This document shows, one piece after another, positions 17,754-26,280 of a DNA stretch of 64,000 nucleotides. Origin of the DNA: Nanobdellota archaeon (GTDB lineage Archaea; Nanobdellota; Nanobdellia; Pacearchaeales; GW2011-AR1); NCBI GenBank assembly GCA_021818475.1, contig JAKADZ010000001.1:5997-69996 (forward strand), given 5' to 3'. Positions within the stretch are counted from its first letter, which is position 1. Every line of letters starts with the position of its first letter. Position numbers and translations under genes: made by a program. The notes under the pieces are model-generated. The model worked only from the letters and a program-made list of their open reading frames with translations, was not told the origin of the DNA and ran no database searches.

Positions 17754-18233
17754 TTATTCCTTAATCGGCTGGGCGTCAACAAATTTATTTTCTAAGAATT
17801 TTCTTTCGAGAAGTTTTTCTTTTTCTATTGTATCCTCGTTATATTCATAAACTGCACCATAAACTTCTTGATAACTGACATCTGCTTTATCTTCTAATTT
17901 AAATCGGTCAAATATTTCTTTATTATCTACTTCGAAATCTACTTTCCCGGAAAATACAACTTCATACTTTTCGGGGGTTGTTCCAGTGACGACATTCATT
18001 CCTCCAAGACCATATCCGAATCCGTTGGTTCCAAAACCAAATCCTCCTTCGTGATTAGTAATCGACACTCCTATATCGGTTTCTGTTTTTTCAGGAACAT
18101 ATTTATGTAAAGTTACTATCGCAGTTTCATGTTTTATTTCAGAATATTCTGTTTTATACTCACTACATGCTCCAATTCCCAAACTTGCTACAGCGAGAAT
18201 TCCTATCCCTAAAATTTTGGTTATGTTTTTCAT
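17754..18233 (-). CDS. Putative lipoprotein, hypothetical
   Basis: 159 aa with a signal peptide and a lipobox-like LGIGAC. The start lies 1 nt after the stop of the upstream gene. Confidence 0.6.
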   Translation of the reverse strand: MKNITKILGIGILAVASLGIGACSEYKTEYSEIKHETAIVTLHKYVPEKTETDIGVSITNHEGGFGFGTNGFGYGLGGMNVVTGTTPEKYEVVFSGKVDFEVDNKEIFDRFKLEDKADVSYQEVYGAVYEYNEDTIEKEKLLERKFLENKFVDAQPIKE

Positions 18234-18234
18234 T

Positions 18235-19653
18235 TTATTTTTTCTTCATTGATTTAACTTTCTTGAATAAAGCAGTTGATACAACAGCAATTCCTAATCC
18301 TGTTGTTGCGATGATTAAATAAAATAAATTTGCAACTGAAGAATTTTGTTTTGAAACATTTGAGACAATTGCGCTTGTTGACGTTGATTTTACTTTTGCC
18401 GATTGCTGGGAATTTCCATATAAAATTATTTCACTTCCGCCATTTCCTCCGGAAATTTTGTTCACGTCAAAACTGACACTTGTTGTCGCCTGATTTCCTG
18501 AAGTATCTGTTGCAGAAAATATTATTGTATGTTCTCCATTCTCAAGATTGCTTAAATCATAAGTGAAAACATGGTCATAAAGGTTGCTCATTAATTTGCT
18601 TACTCCTCCGTCTAATCTGAAACTTACTGTTGCATCTTCATCGGTTGCAACTTCAACAGTAATATTTCGGGATTTTATTTTTTCATTCTGTATTGGTTCC
18701 ATTAAACTAATAACCGGTGCGGTTGTATCAGGAACAGAAGTATTAACATTAAAACTGACGCTTGCACTGTCTGAATTTCCTGCAGAATCTGTCGCATAAA
18801 CAATCCATTTGTTTGTTCCTTCAGAAGCAGTTAATTGAATGCTTTCTAAAACTCCTGAACTGCATTGTGTTGAAATTTTAGTAACTCCGTTGTCAGTGCT
18901 GTATGCACATGAATATAAATCTGAATCTGTGGCAATGAATTTTAATGTCTGACTGGTTGAAGTATAAGTTGTTCCTGCTGTTGGCGACTGAATAACAATT
19001 GCCGGAGCGGTTGTGTCTGTGTTTGGGTTTGCAATTACTTTAATGGTTCGTGTTGCTGTTGCAACATTTCCTGCAGCATCGGAAACTGTATAAGTAACAG
19101 TGTATGTTCCTACAACATTTGTATTTACAGTTCCTGAAATAATTATTTTTGAAGTTAAACTCCCGTCAACATTATCTGTGGCAGTTGCTCCCTCTTCTGT
19201 GTATGTCCCGCCGACAATTATTGTTTCAGGATTCTGTCCGAGCAAAGTTATAACCGGTGCGGTTGTATCTGCAGGTGTTATGGAATTAACTTTAAGATTT
19301 AACTGATAACTCTGCGCAGAATTTGAATCTGTTCCGGATGCAATAACAGTGAAACTTCCTGCATTTTTGTAAATGCTTTTCGGAATAGTGTATGAAGCAG
19401 AATACTCTCTGCTTGAAACCTGCTGATTAAAAAATGTGTAAACTGGATTGTCTGATGAATCATATAATGTAACTTTCAGATTCATGGGGGGCATCATTGC
19501 GAAAAAATCAACATTGAATACTGCTGAATTTCCGTCATCAATTGTTAATGATTGTGCGCTGTTGCTCCAGTCTGCATAAGTTGTTACTGCAGAAACCCCG
19601 TTAAATAAAAAGATAGTAAAAATTAAGAGAGGGATAACTTTAACAAAGTTCAT
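18235..19653 (-). CDS. Secreted Ig-like (DUF5011-type) repeat protein with a C-terminal TM anchor
   Basis: 472 aa. TTAPVITLLG...TATDNVDG...VGTYTVTYTVSDAAGN is a DUF5011-like pattern, and the C-terminal hydrophobic helix is followed by KKVKSMKKK. Confidence 0.7.
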   Translation of the reverse strand: MNFVKVIPLLIFTIFLFNGVSAVTTYADWSNSAQSLTIDDGNSAVFNVDFFAMMPPMNLKVTLYDSSDNPVYTFFNQQVSSREYSASYTIPKSIYKNAGSFTVIASGTDSNSAQSYQLNLKVNSITPADTTAPVITLLGQNPETIIVGGTYTEEGATATDNVDGSLTSKIIISGTVNTNVVGTYTVTYTVSDAAGNVATATRTIKVIANPNTDTTAPAIVIQSPTAGTTYTSTSQTLKFIATDSDLYSCAYSTDNGVTKISTQCSSGVLESIQLTASEGTNKWIVYATDSAGNSDSASVSFNVNTSVPDTTAPVISLMEPIQNEKIKSRNITVEVATDEDATVSFRLDGGVSKLMSNLYDHVFTYDLSNLENGEHTIIFSATDTSGNQATTSVSFDVNKISGGNGGSEIILYGNSQQSAKVKSTSTSAIVSNVSKQNSSVANLFYLIIATTGLGIAVVSTALFKKVKSMKKK

Positions 19654-19654
19654 T

Positions 19655-21127
19655 TTAATTTTTGGAAACCGGGATTTCCATTCCTAATTTAGCATAAGCC
19701 CCTTTGTTTGATTCCCCGCCAATTATAATGTTGAATCTGATTCCTTTTTTATTCCCCATATCAAGTCCAACCCCGCCGTAATAATCAATTTGATTCCCCG
19801 AAATTGAGTATGAGTTTTGCGCAAGTACCTCTCCTGTTTTAGAAAAGATTTTTTCCTCAACTTTTTCATTTGTTGGAATATATACTGCTCCGCCTTCAAT
19901 CAAAAGTCCGAATGCAAGCTTAGAAGTTGGTTTACTTAATTCTAGCCTTGCTTCAAGTCCTGCTTTTAATCTGATAATTTCCTGCATGGTTATCTTTCCT
20001 TCATCATGTCTCCCTGTTATGGGTGAATCATCTCCAAGATACGAATCAATTAATTCTGAACTTCCGGCTCCTGCACCAATTTCTGCGCCAATTCCAACTC
20101 TGCCAAAATCATATCTTATTCCAAATTCTCCGTCATATCCAACAGGCGAATTATTATTGTCTAAAACCAATCCTGCATTAACTGAGATAACTGCTCCTCT
20201 GTAATCAGGATATACTTTTGGCTGGGGGATAGTAAAATTATTTATCAAAACACTCATATCTTCATCACTGCCTTTTCCTCTTTTTTCTTGTTGGGTCTTA
20301 TCATTAACCGGAGTTGCGGTTTCTTCACGTTTGGCATTTTGAGGAACATTAACTTCTGATATTGTTCTCTCCAGCTGTCCTATCTTTGATTTTGAATCTG
20401 CTAATTCTTTTTCAAGTTCGCTTATTTTTGAATTATATTCTTCTTTTGTGCTCTGCAGATCAGATATTAATTTGAGATATTGCGCAGTTTTTGTCGGGTC
20501 GGAATTATTGGAATACTGAATGATTGTCGCATTCAGATTATTTATTCTGTTTTTATATTCACTTTCTTCTTTTTCAAAATCTTTTACATTTTTTCTTAAT
20601 GAATTTATCTGAAGTATAATCCCTTTAACTTTTGAGTTTGCAATACTGTCAAAACTTTGGCTCATATAATGTTCATTCCTGTCCTTTTTTCCATTCCCAT
20701 TCGCATCGTAGAACCATCTTGATTCACTCCCAATTGAATACGGACCGAAAGTTACCGAACCATCGCTCCATAAATTAAAGCAATTTTTCTGTTTCTCTGC
20801 ATTTGTATATTCAAAATAATCAACTAATGTAATTCCACTTTTAGATTTCCCTCCAGAAATTTTCAGGACTTTTTCAACTTCCTGCCCGAATTTGACCGGC
20901 ATAATTTTCCCCTCTCTTGTCCATTTTCCGTTTTTATCTGTTATAATGACATCATCTTTCCCTGAGGCTATGTTTCCATTCTGCAAAACAAAATAAATTC
21001 CATTTTCAAATTCAAAAGCAGTTTTAATTTCAGAAATATCTTGGGGAGTGTAAGCTGAAATTGATTTTCCTGCTAAAAATAAAGACAGTGCTCCAATCGC
21101 TAATTTCCTGCCTAAGTTTTTCATCAT
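19655..21127 (-). CDS. Secreted protein with a central coiled coil and a C-terminal beta-rich, barrel-like domain
   Basis: 490 aa with a signal peptide and a heptad-rich region (about aa 170-250). The last ~190 aa show alternating hydrophobic/Gly-rich strands. Confidence 0.55.
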   Translation of the reverse strand: MMKNLGRKLAIGALSLFLAGKSISAYTPQDISEIKTAFEFENGIYFVLQNGNIASGKDDVIITDKNGKWTREGKIMPVKFGQEVEKVLKISGGKSKSGITLVDYFEYTNAEKQKNCFNLWSDGSVTFGPYSIGSESRWFYDANGNGKKDRNEHYMSQSFDSIANSKVKGIILQINSLRKNVKDFEKEESEYKNRINNLNATIIQYSNNSDPTKTAQYLKLISDLQSTKEEYNSKISELEKELADSKSKIGQLERTISEVNVPQNAKREETATPVNDKTQQEKRGKGSDEDMSVLINNFTIPQPKVYPDYRGAVISVNAGLVLDNNNSPVGYDGEFGIRYDFGRVGIGAEIGAGAGSSELIDSYLGDDSPITGRHDEGKITMQEIIRLKAGLEARLELSKPTSKLAFGLLIEGGAVYIPTNEKVEEKIFSKTGEVLAQNSYSISGNQIDYYGGVGLDMGNKKGIRFNIIIGGESNKGAYAKLGMEIPVSKN

Positions 21128-21192
21128 CTTCCTTCTTAAAAAATCTAATTTATAAACTTTTGTATAATGTAATCACTGTTAAGTTTATATTC

Positions 21193-22044
21193 TTATGTAA
21201 AAAGTACATAAGCAACACACCCAAGAATTATAAGCGAAGACAAAATATTCTTCCAGTTTAATTTTTCTTTAAGGAATTTATTTGCAAGTATATAAGTTTC
21301 AATTGGTGCAATCATCATTATCAAAGTTGTGAGAATTATTCCATAATGCTGATACCCGTAATAGTTGGCAACTCTGTAGATTACATATATTATTTCAGTG
21401 ATTAATATTACGAATACACTTTTTTTATCTACCCCTTTAAAATTCGGCTTGAAAATCATAAGACTAATAATCAGCACAAAGGCGCATCTGAGAAAATAGA
21501 ATGTTAATGGAGAGTAATAATCAAGAATAAATTTGGACAGCACCAGTTCCAGTCCGAATAAAAAACTGCCGGAAATTGCGGCAATAAAATATTTGTTTAT
21601 GTGGAGATGTTCTTTTTTTATAAAAGGAAAAATTAAAGCAGCTAATGCAATAAGCGTCGGAATTATAACCTTGGTGTTTGTATCAGAAAATCCCTTGATA
21701 AATAATCCTATTATTAAAGTTATAATAATTACAAAAAAAGTTTCAACAATTAGGGCAGGTTCAATATTTGTTATCTTTGTCCTTTTTTCAGAATGAAACA
21801 TGAGAAAGTTTGCGCCTACTGCTGAAATTATTACTGCAAAAAAAATTAATACATTCTTTAGTTCAAACGCAGACGAATCCAGTTTCCAGAAAAAAAATGT
21901 TAGCGGGATCATGACAAGAACAAGAAATAAAAAACTAAGACTTTGATACAGTTTGACTCCTATTTTTTTATTCAGAAGGTTAAATTTATCGAGCACAGTC
22001 CCTGCCCCAAGTGCAATTGCCCCCAAAATTGGAATCGTTATCAT
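21193..22044 (-). CDS. EamA/DMT-family transporter
   Basis: 283 aa with about 10 predicted TM helices in two similar halves. Confidence 0.65.
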   Translation of the reverse strand: MITIPILGAIALGAGTVLDKFNLLNKKIGVKLYQSLSFLFLVLVMIPLTFFFWKLDSSAFELKNVLIFFAVIISAVGANFLMFHSEKRTKITNIEPALIVETFFVIIITLIIGLFIKGFSDTNTKVIIPTLIALAALIFPFIKKEHLHINKYFIAAISGSFLFGLELVLSKFILDYYSPLTFYFLRCAFVLIISLMIFKPNFKGVDKKSVFVILITEIIYVIYRVANYYGYQHYGIILTTLIMMIAPIETYILANKFLKEKLNWKNILSSLIILGCVAYVLFT

Positions 22045-22045
22045 T

Positions 22046-22105
22046 TGAACGACACCTCCGGTTTCTTTACACTCATTTTCCCCCTGAATTTGCCGTCAAG
22101 CCTGA
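22046..22105 (+). repeat. Left arm of a perfect 60-bp inverted repeat (one family A unit)
   Basis: tgaacgacacctccggtttctttacactcattttccccctgaatttgccgtcaagcctga is the exact reverse complement of 23095..23154 (checked base by base). Confidence 0.9.
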
Positions 22106-22219
22106 TTACCATCTCTTTTAATTAATATAATAGTAAGAGGTTTAAAAGAATTATGCACTCCCCTCCAAAGGGAAATTTTTTATCACCTCTTTTTTCATAG
22201 ATAGTTTATTATATTTATC

Positions 22220-22328
22220 AGTTGAGCAAACGCGTTAAATTTTTCTTCATTAATAATTTTTCCTAAACGGAGAAATCTGACAGAGTCGATTTCGTAGCAG
22301 TTAATCTGCGAGCGAAGCGAGCGTATCA
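22220..22328. repeat. Dispersed ~110-bp repeat family B1 copy, containing the 22-nt hairpin at 22272..22293
   Basis: AGTTGAGCAAACGCG...TTTTTCTTCATTAATAA...GAGAAATCTGACAGAGTCGATTTCGTAGCAG...GCGAGCGAAGCGAGCG aligns with 27554..27662 and 34892..34990. The hairpin is 53 nt downstream of the tRNA-Gly 3' end on the minus strand. Confidence 0.75.
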
Positions 22329-22345
22329 TAAATATTTCAAAGAAA

Positions 22346-22447
22346 TGCGCGGGCCGAGAGTCGGACTCGGATCTCCTCGTCTTTGCTGGTGAAGAGCTTA
22401 AAGTTCCCCATTGGCAACGAGAAATTCTGCCGTTTAACTACCCGCGC
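22346..22447 (-). tRNA. tRNA-Gly (anticodon GCC) with an intron of about 31 nt
   Basis: Acceptor GCGCGGG/CCCGCGC, anticodon stem TCTCG/CGAGG (T-G wobble), loop TTGCCA-intron-A, T arm CCGAG-TCCGACT-CTCGG (unusual T loop) and a weak 3-bp D stem. TTGC pairs with intron GCAA, followed by an AGA bulge. Confidence 0.7.
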
Positions 22448-22498
22448 TTATTGATTGTTATTTTTATTAGAAAACTATCATTTAAAAAATTAACACAT

Positions 22499-22969
22499 TC
22501 ATCTCTTCAGCTGATTATATTCCCACCAAGTCAAGGTAATTACCACCAAATCTAGAATGGTTAATCCTAAGAGATAAACTGAATTAGAAATTGTATACCT
22601 GTAAATCTGGTAGATAACAAAAATACTAAAGACTATTTCTGCAGTGATATAAGTCCATAATTTCTTTTTCCATAATCCGATTATCAGACCAAGTTTAATA
22701 ATTCCATGTATAAACAAATATATCGCAAGGAATAACTCTGTTTTGATAAATAAATTTGAGGAAAAATTTATCAGAAAATTTGCAACCAGATCATGCGGAT
22801 CTTCCAATAATTCATAGTGAAAAATAAACTCGAAGAATGTGCTGATTTGTTCGGGTCTGATAAAGAAGAGCAAAATTCCCCCGATAACTTCAAGAAAACT
22901 ATCCAGCCCCTTAATAAAAATACTGATATTAAATAGCTTATTCAAAATTTTTTTATTTAACAACTGCAT
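22499..22969 (-). CDS. DUF2127-like membrane protein
   Basis: 156 aa with 4 TM helices and the N-terminal pattern FIKGLDSFLEVIGGILLFF. Confidence 0.55.
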   Translation of the reverse strand: MQLLNKKILNKLFNISIFIKGLDSFLEVIGGILLFFIRPEQISTFFEFIFHYELLEDPHDLVANFLINFSSNLFIKTELFLAIYLFIHGIIKLGLIIGLWKKKLWTYITAEIVFSIFVIYQIYRYTISNSVYLLGLTILDLVVITLTWWEYNQLKR

Positions 22970-23004
22970 AAGAAAATTAAGAAAAGAGATTATATATTAT
23001 TTTC

Positions 23005-23154
23005 TTTAAATAAACCGCGTAGGTGTCGTTCATCAGGCTTGACCACACTTTCAAGGGGAAAATGATTGTAAAGAAACCGCGTAGGTGTCGTTCATCAGGC
23101 TTGACGGCAAATTCAGGGGGAAAATGAGTGTAAAGAAACCGGAGGTGTCGTTCA
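23005..23154 (-). repeat. Tandem 62-bp family A array directly abutting the tRNA-Val 3' end (right inverted-repeat arm = 23095..23154)
   Basis: Unit hairpins start at 23011, 23073 and 23135 (period 62). On the minus strand the first unit begins TGAACGACACC immediately after the tRNA-Val discriminator A. Confidence 0.9.
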
Positions 23155-23226
23155 TGGTCCATAGAGGAGTCGAACCTCTCCTTCCTCGGTGTAAACGAGG
23201 TGTTCTAGCCGATAGACTAATGGACC
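23155..23226 (-). tRNA. tRNA-Val (anticodon UAC), no intron
   Basis: Acceptor GGTCCAT/ATGGACC, anticodon stem CCTCG/CGAGG, loop TTTACAC, T arm AGAGG-TTCGACT-CCTCT, discriminator A; 72 nt. Confidence 0.85.
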
Positions 23227-23265
23227 CTGTATTTACTAAAAAATAATCATTTATAAGTTTAGTGA

Positions 23266-24210
23266 TTATCCGATTATACTGCTGACAAAAAATTCTGCAA
23301 AAACAAAGAGAACATAAACTAATATTAATATCAACCCTTCAATTTTACTTAAGGTTTTGTTTGTTCTCATAAACAAAATTGTCAAAGCTCCGACAAGGAA
23401 CATTATCCCTCCCGTCATGAACATCTTTAGGGGATTGTAACTGAATGGAGAAATCAAAGCAACTAATCCAAGAACAATTGTGGCATCAGTTATTACTGTT
23501 CCCAATATGTCCCCCAATGCTAATTCATCCTGATTATTCTTTACTGCTTTTATGGAGAAGAATAGCTCCGGCAGGCATGTTCCCAGGGCAAGGATAGTCA
23601 TCCCTATTAATATCTCCGGAACTTTCGAATCACTTGCAAAATTAATTGCAAATTTAACTGTGTAAAATGCGCCAATCAATAAAATTCCAAGACTGACTAC
23701 CAGATATAATGAACTCTTGAGAAGAGGATACTTTCGGGTATAATTAAACTTTTTTCTGAATCTTCTGCTTTCTAAATAGATTTTTATAAAAAATATAATT
23801 CCGAGCGCGATTAATATTGCGCCGTCAATTCTCGATAAATTACCATCGAATCCAAGAATTACAGGAGCCAATAATAAAATCAGGTAGAAAAAATTGTTCC
23901 CTAATATTTTACTCTTGACATTTATTCCTCCGGAGGAGAAGAAGGATACGATTCCAAAAACAAAAGTAAGGTCCATAATATTTGAACCAAGCAGAGTTCC
24001 CAGTCCAAGTTCCGGGGAGCCGTTAAGTGCAGAGAGAATTGAGATGGTGGTTTCAGGAAGAACAGAGATAACTGCAACTATAAAAAAACTTACAACAAAT
24101 TCCGGAAGACGAAGGTCCTTGGCAATTCGTGAGGAATATTTTATTGAATATCCCGCACCCTTAATAAGTACGAATAAAAAAACCAGTGAAAGTATCAAAT
24201 TTGCTATCAT
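23266..24210 (-). CDS. Na+/Ca2+ exchanger (CaCA family, YrbG-like)
   Basis: 314 aa with two alpha-repeat regions (LPETTISI and GTCLPELFFSI) and about 10 TM helices. Confidence 0.8.
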   Translation of the reverse strand: MIANLILSLVFLFVLIKGAGYSIKYSSRIAKDLRLPEFVVSFFIVAVISVLPETTISILSALNGSPELGLGTLLGSNIMDLTFVFGIVSFFSSGGINVKSKILGNNFFYLILLLAPVILGFDGNLSRIDGAILIALGIIFFIKIYLESRRFRKKFNYTRKYPLLKSSLYLVVSLGILLIGAFYTVKFAINFASDSKVPEILIGMTILALGTCLPELFFSIKAVKNNQDELALGDILGTVITDATIVLGLVALISPFSYNPLKMFMTGGIMFLVGALTILFMRTNKTLSKIEGLILILVYVLFVFAEFFVSSIIG

Positions 24211-24289
24211 CTTTTTTAATCTTAGAATAACCTGACTTTTAAATTTTCTTAATAATAACTTTTATAAATTATATTTTTTCAGTCTATCT

Positions 24290-24496
24290 ATGAAAGAAAT
24301 ATTGGAAAAGAAGATTAAGGGAATGCATTTTTGCTGGCATCCTCTTCACGTTGGTATAATCAATCCGGAAAGCGCAGGAGAATGCATACTCGGAGGATCT
24401 AAATGCAGGCATTATAAGTTCAGGCCGGATTTGGAATATAACTCCAAAAACACGGAAAAAAAATTACCGTGTAATTTTGCTGATTATGAACAGTAA
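24290..24496 (+). CDS. Hypothetical Cys/His-containing small protein
   Basis: 68-aa ORF with a TATA-like CTTTTATAAATT about 25 nt upstream. Confidence 0.45.
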   Translation: MKEILEKKIKGMHFCWHPLHVGIINPESAGECILGGSKCRHYKFRPDLEYNSKNTEKKLPCNFADYEQ

Positions 24497-24547
24497 TTGT
24501 TACTTCCCATTAGTAATCTTTATATATCTAACACGTTTATTTTTAAA

Positions 24548-26113
24548 ATGAGCGAAGACAAAGAACAGGAAATTCCTGGAATGAATCTGGATAACAAATA
24601 TTCTAAAAACAAAGATTTAATCCCTGAAAACCAGGAAAAAATGAAGCAGGAATTAGACAAAACCAAAAAAGAAATTGAAAAATTGAAAACTTTTATTCTT
24701 AAGAAATACCCTTTCACACAGTCACTTAGCATTTTGCCCCCGGCTTCAATAAAATATTTTATTGAGGAAGAGGAAGTTCCGAAAGAAACAGAAAAATATG
24801 TTCATTTGTTTATGGTAATACCGGAAGAAAATTTTAAGGAAGCAAAAAAAATTCAGGAAGAGATAGTAAAACAGATTGATGAACTAAAACAAAAAATCTG
24901 GCTGCACATCAAAAGTCCTGAAGATTTATGGGAAATCTGTCTTGACAGCAAATTTGAATTAATCGGGGCTATTGCAATGTCTTTCCCTCTTCATGATACC
25001 GGAATTCTTGGGGCGTTAAGAGTTGCAGAAATTCACAAATCTCTTGTTCTTCAGAAATTTGAAAAATATGTTGTAAGTTATGTTATTGCCGGAAGTTTAG
25101 TAAGAGGAGAGGCGGTTCCGACTTCAGATGTTGATGTTTTCATCATCATAAATGATACCGATGTCAAGAGAATGCCAAGATTAGAACTTAAGGAAAGACT
25201 TAGGGCAATGATTTACCAGTATGTTGCCGAAGCCTCTGCTTATGCGGGAGTGAAAAATAAACTATCTCCGCAGGTTTATCTTCTTACAGATTTCTGGGAA
25301 TCAGTAAAAGATGCCCATCCTGTTATTTTCACTTTTATCCGTGATGGAATCCCAATTTATGACCGAGGAACTTTCATGCCATGGAAATCTCTTTTGAAAA
25401 TGGGAAAATTGAAGCCTTCCCCAGAAGCAATTGACATGTTCATGTCTATGGGAGACAAAACTGTAAAGAGAGTAAAGAGCGCTCTTCTCGACGTTGTAGT
25501 TAATGAAATATTCTGGGGAGTCACAACCCCAAGTCAGGCATTGCTCATGCTTTACGGACTTCCTCCACCAACACCAAAACATGGATTAGTAACCGAGATG
25601 AATAAAATATTTGTTGAAAAAGAAAAAATGCTTGAGAAGAGATACATAAATATCCTCGAGAAAGTTGTTGAGATATGGAGAGATTACGAACATGAGAAGA
25701 TAAAGGAAATTTCCGGAACAGAAGTAGATAAGCTTTTGAAAGATTCTGAAGATTACATTAAAAGATTAAAAGAATTAAGGGAACAAATTGAAAAACGCGC
25801 TCAGGAAAAAACAATCGAGCAGATTTATCAGGACGTATTTTCAATTTTGAAATCAATGCTTGGAAATAAATCCCAGGAAAAAATAATTGAAGAATTCGAG
25901 GACAAATTTGTCAAGAAAGCTAAATTTGCTCCTCAGCATCTGAGAATTTTGAAAGATATTGTTCATGCAAGAACTGAATTCAAGAAAGGAAAATCCGATT
26001 CTCATAAAGTTGATGAAGCAAGAAAAAATGCCTCAATATTAATCAATGACCTGATTGAATACAATCAGAGATGTGAACTAATTTCAAAGAATTCTGAAAA
26101 GAAGAAGGAATAA
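24548..26113 (+). CDS. Nucleotidyltransferase-domain protein (Pol-beta superfamily) with long helical flanks
   Basis: GSLVRGEAVPTSDVDVFIIIND is the GS...DxD minimal NTase motif. The start was moved to ATG 24548 (MSEDKEQ), because the track's start at 24497 is a TTG directly after the previous stop. Confidence 0.7.
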   Translation: MSEDKEQEIPGMNLDNKYSKNKDLIPENQEKMKQELDKTKKEIEKLKTFILKKYPFTQSLSILPPASIKYFIEEEEVPKETEKYVHLFMVIPEENFKEAKKIQEEIVKQIDELKQKIWLHIKSPEDLWEICLDSKFELIGAIAMSFPLHDTGILGALRVAEIHKSLVLQKFEKYVVSYVIAGSLVRGEAVPTSDVDVFIIINDTDVKRMPRLELKERLRAMIYQYVAEASAYAGVKNKLSPQVYLLTDFWESVKDAHPVIFTFIRDGIPIYDRGTFMPWKSLLKMGKLKPSPEAIDMFMSMGDKTVKRVKSALLDVVVNEIFWGVTTPSQALLMLYGLPPPTPKHGLVTEMNKIFVEKEKMLEKRYINILEKVVEIWRDYEHEKIKEISGTEVDKLLKDSEDYIKRLKELREQIEKRAQEKTIEQIYQDVFSILKSMLGNKSQEKIIEEFEDKFVKKAKFAPQHLRILKDIVHARTEFKKGKSDSHKVDEARKNASILINDLIEYNQRCELISKNSEKKKE

Positions 26114-26280
26114 TTTTTAATCTCTCAATACTTGTTTTTTCTAGCGGTTTGAAAAAATTCTTACGGATTTTTTCTCCTGTCCTCGGCGGGAAACCTGCGG
26201 ATACAAAATTCCCGAGGAATTTGCATAATGACAGAAACAGGAAATTTCAGCACAAATACAAAATCGGGAGATTTTGCATA

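Noticed and set aside
22977-23162. The 61-aa ORF (and the similar 60-aa ORF at 21943..22125) whose translations resemble each other
   Set aside because: The similarity is a by-product of the family A DNA repeat and the 60-bp inverted repeat. The ORF at 22977..23162 also runs into tRNA-Val, and no start context supports translation.
26149-26280. N-terminal extensions proposed by the ORF track (26149, 24497, 40977, 38177, 48949, 45694, 45965, 56472, 6144, 6307)
   Set aside because: In each case an internal ATG has a better context (a GGAG-type RBS or a TATA box at about -25, or avoidance of long overlaps) and coincides with where recognisable homology begins.
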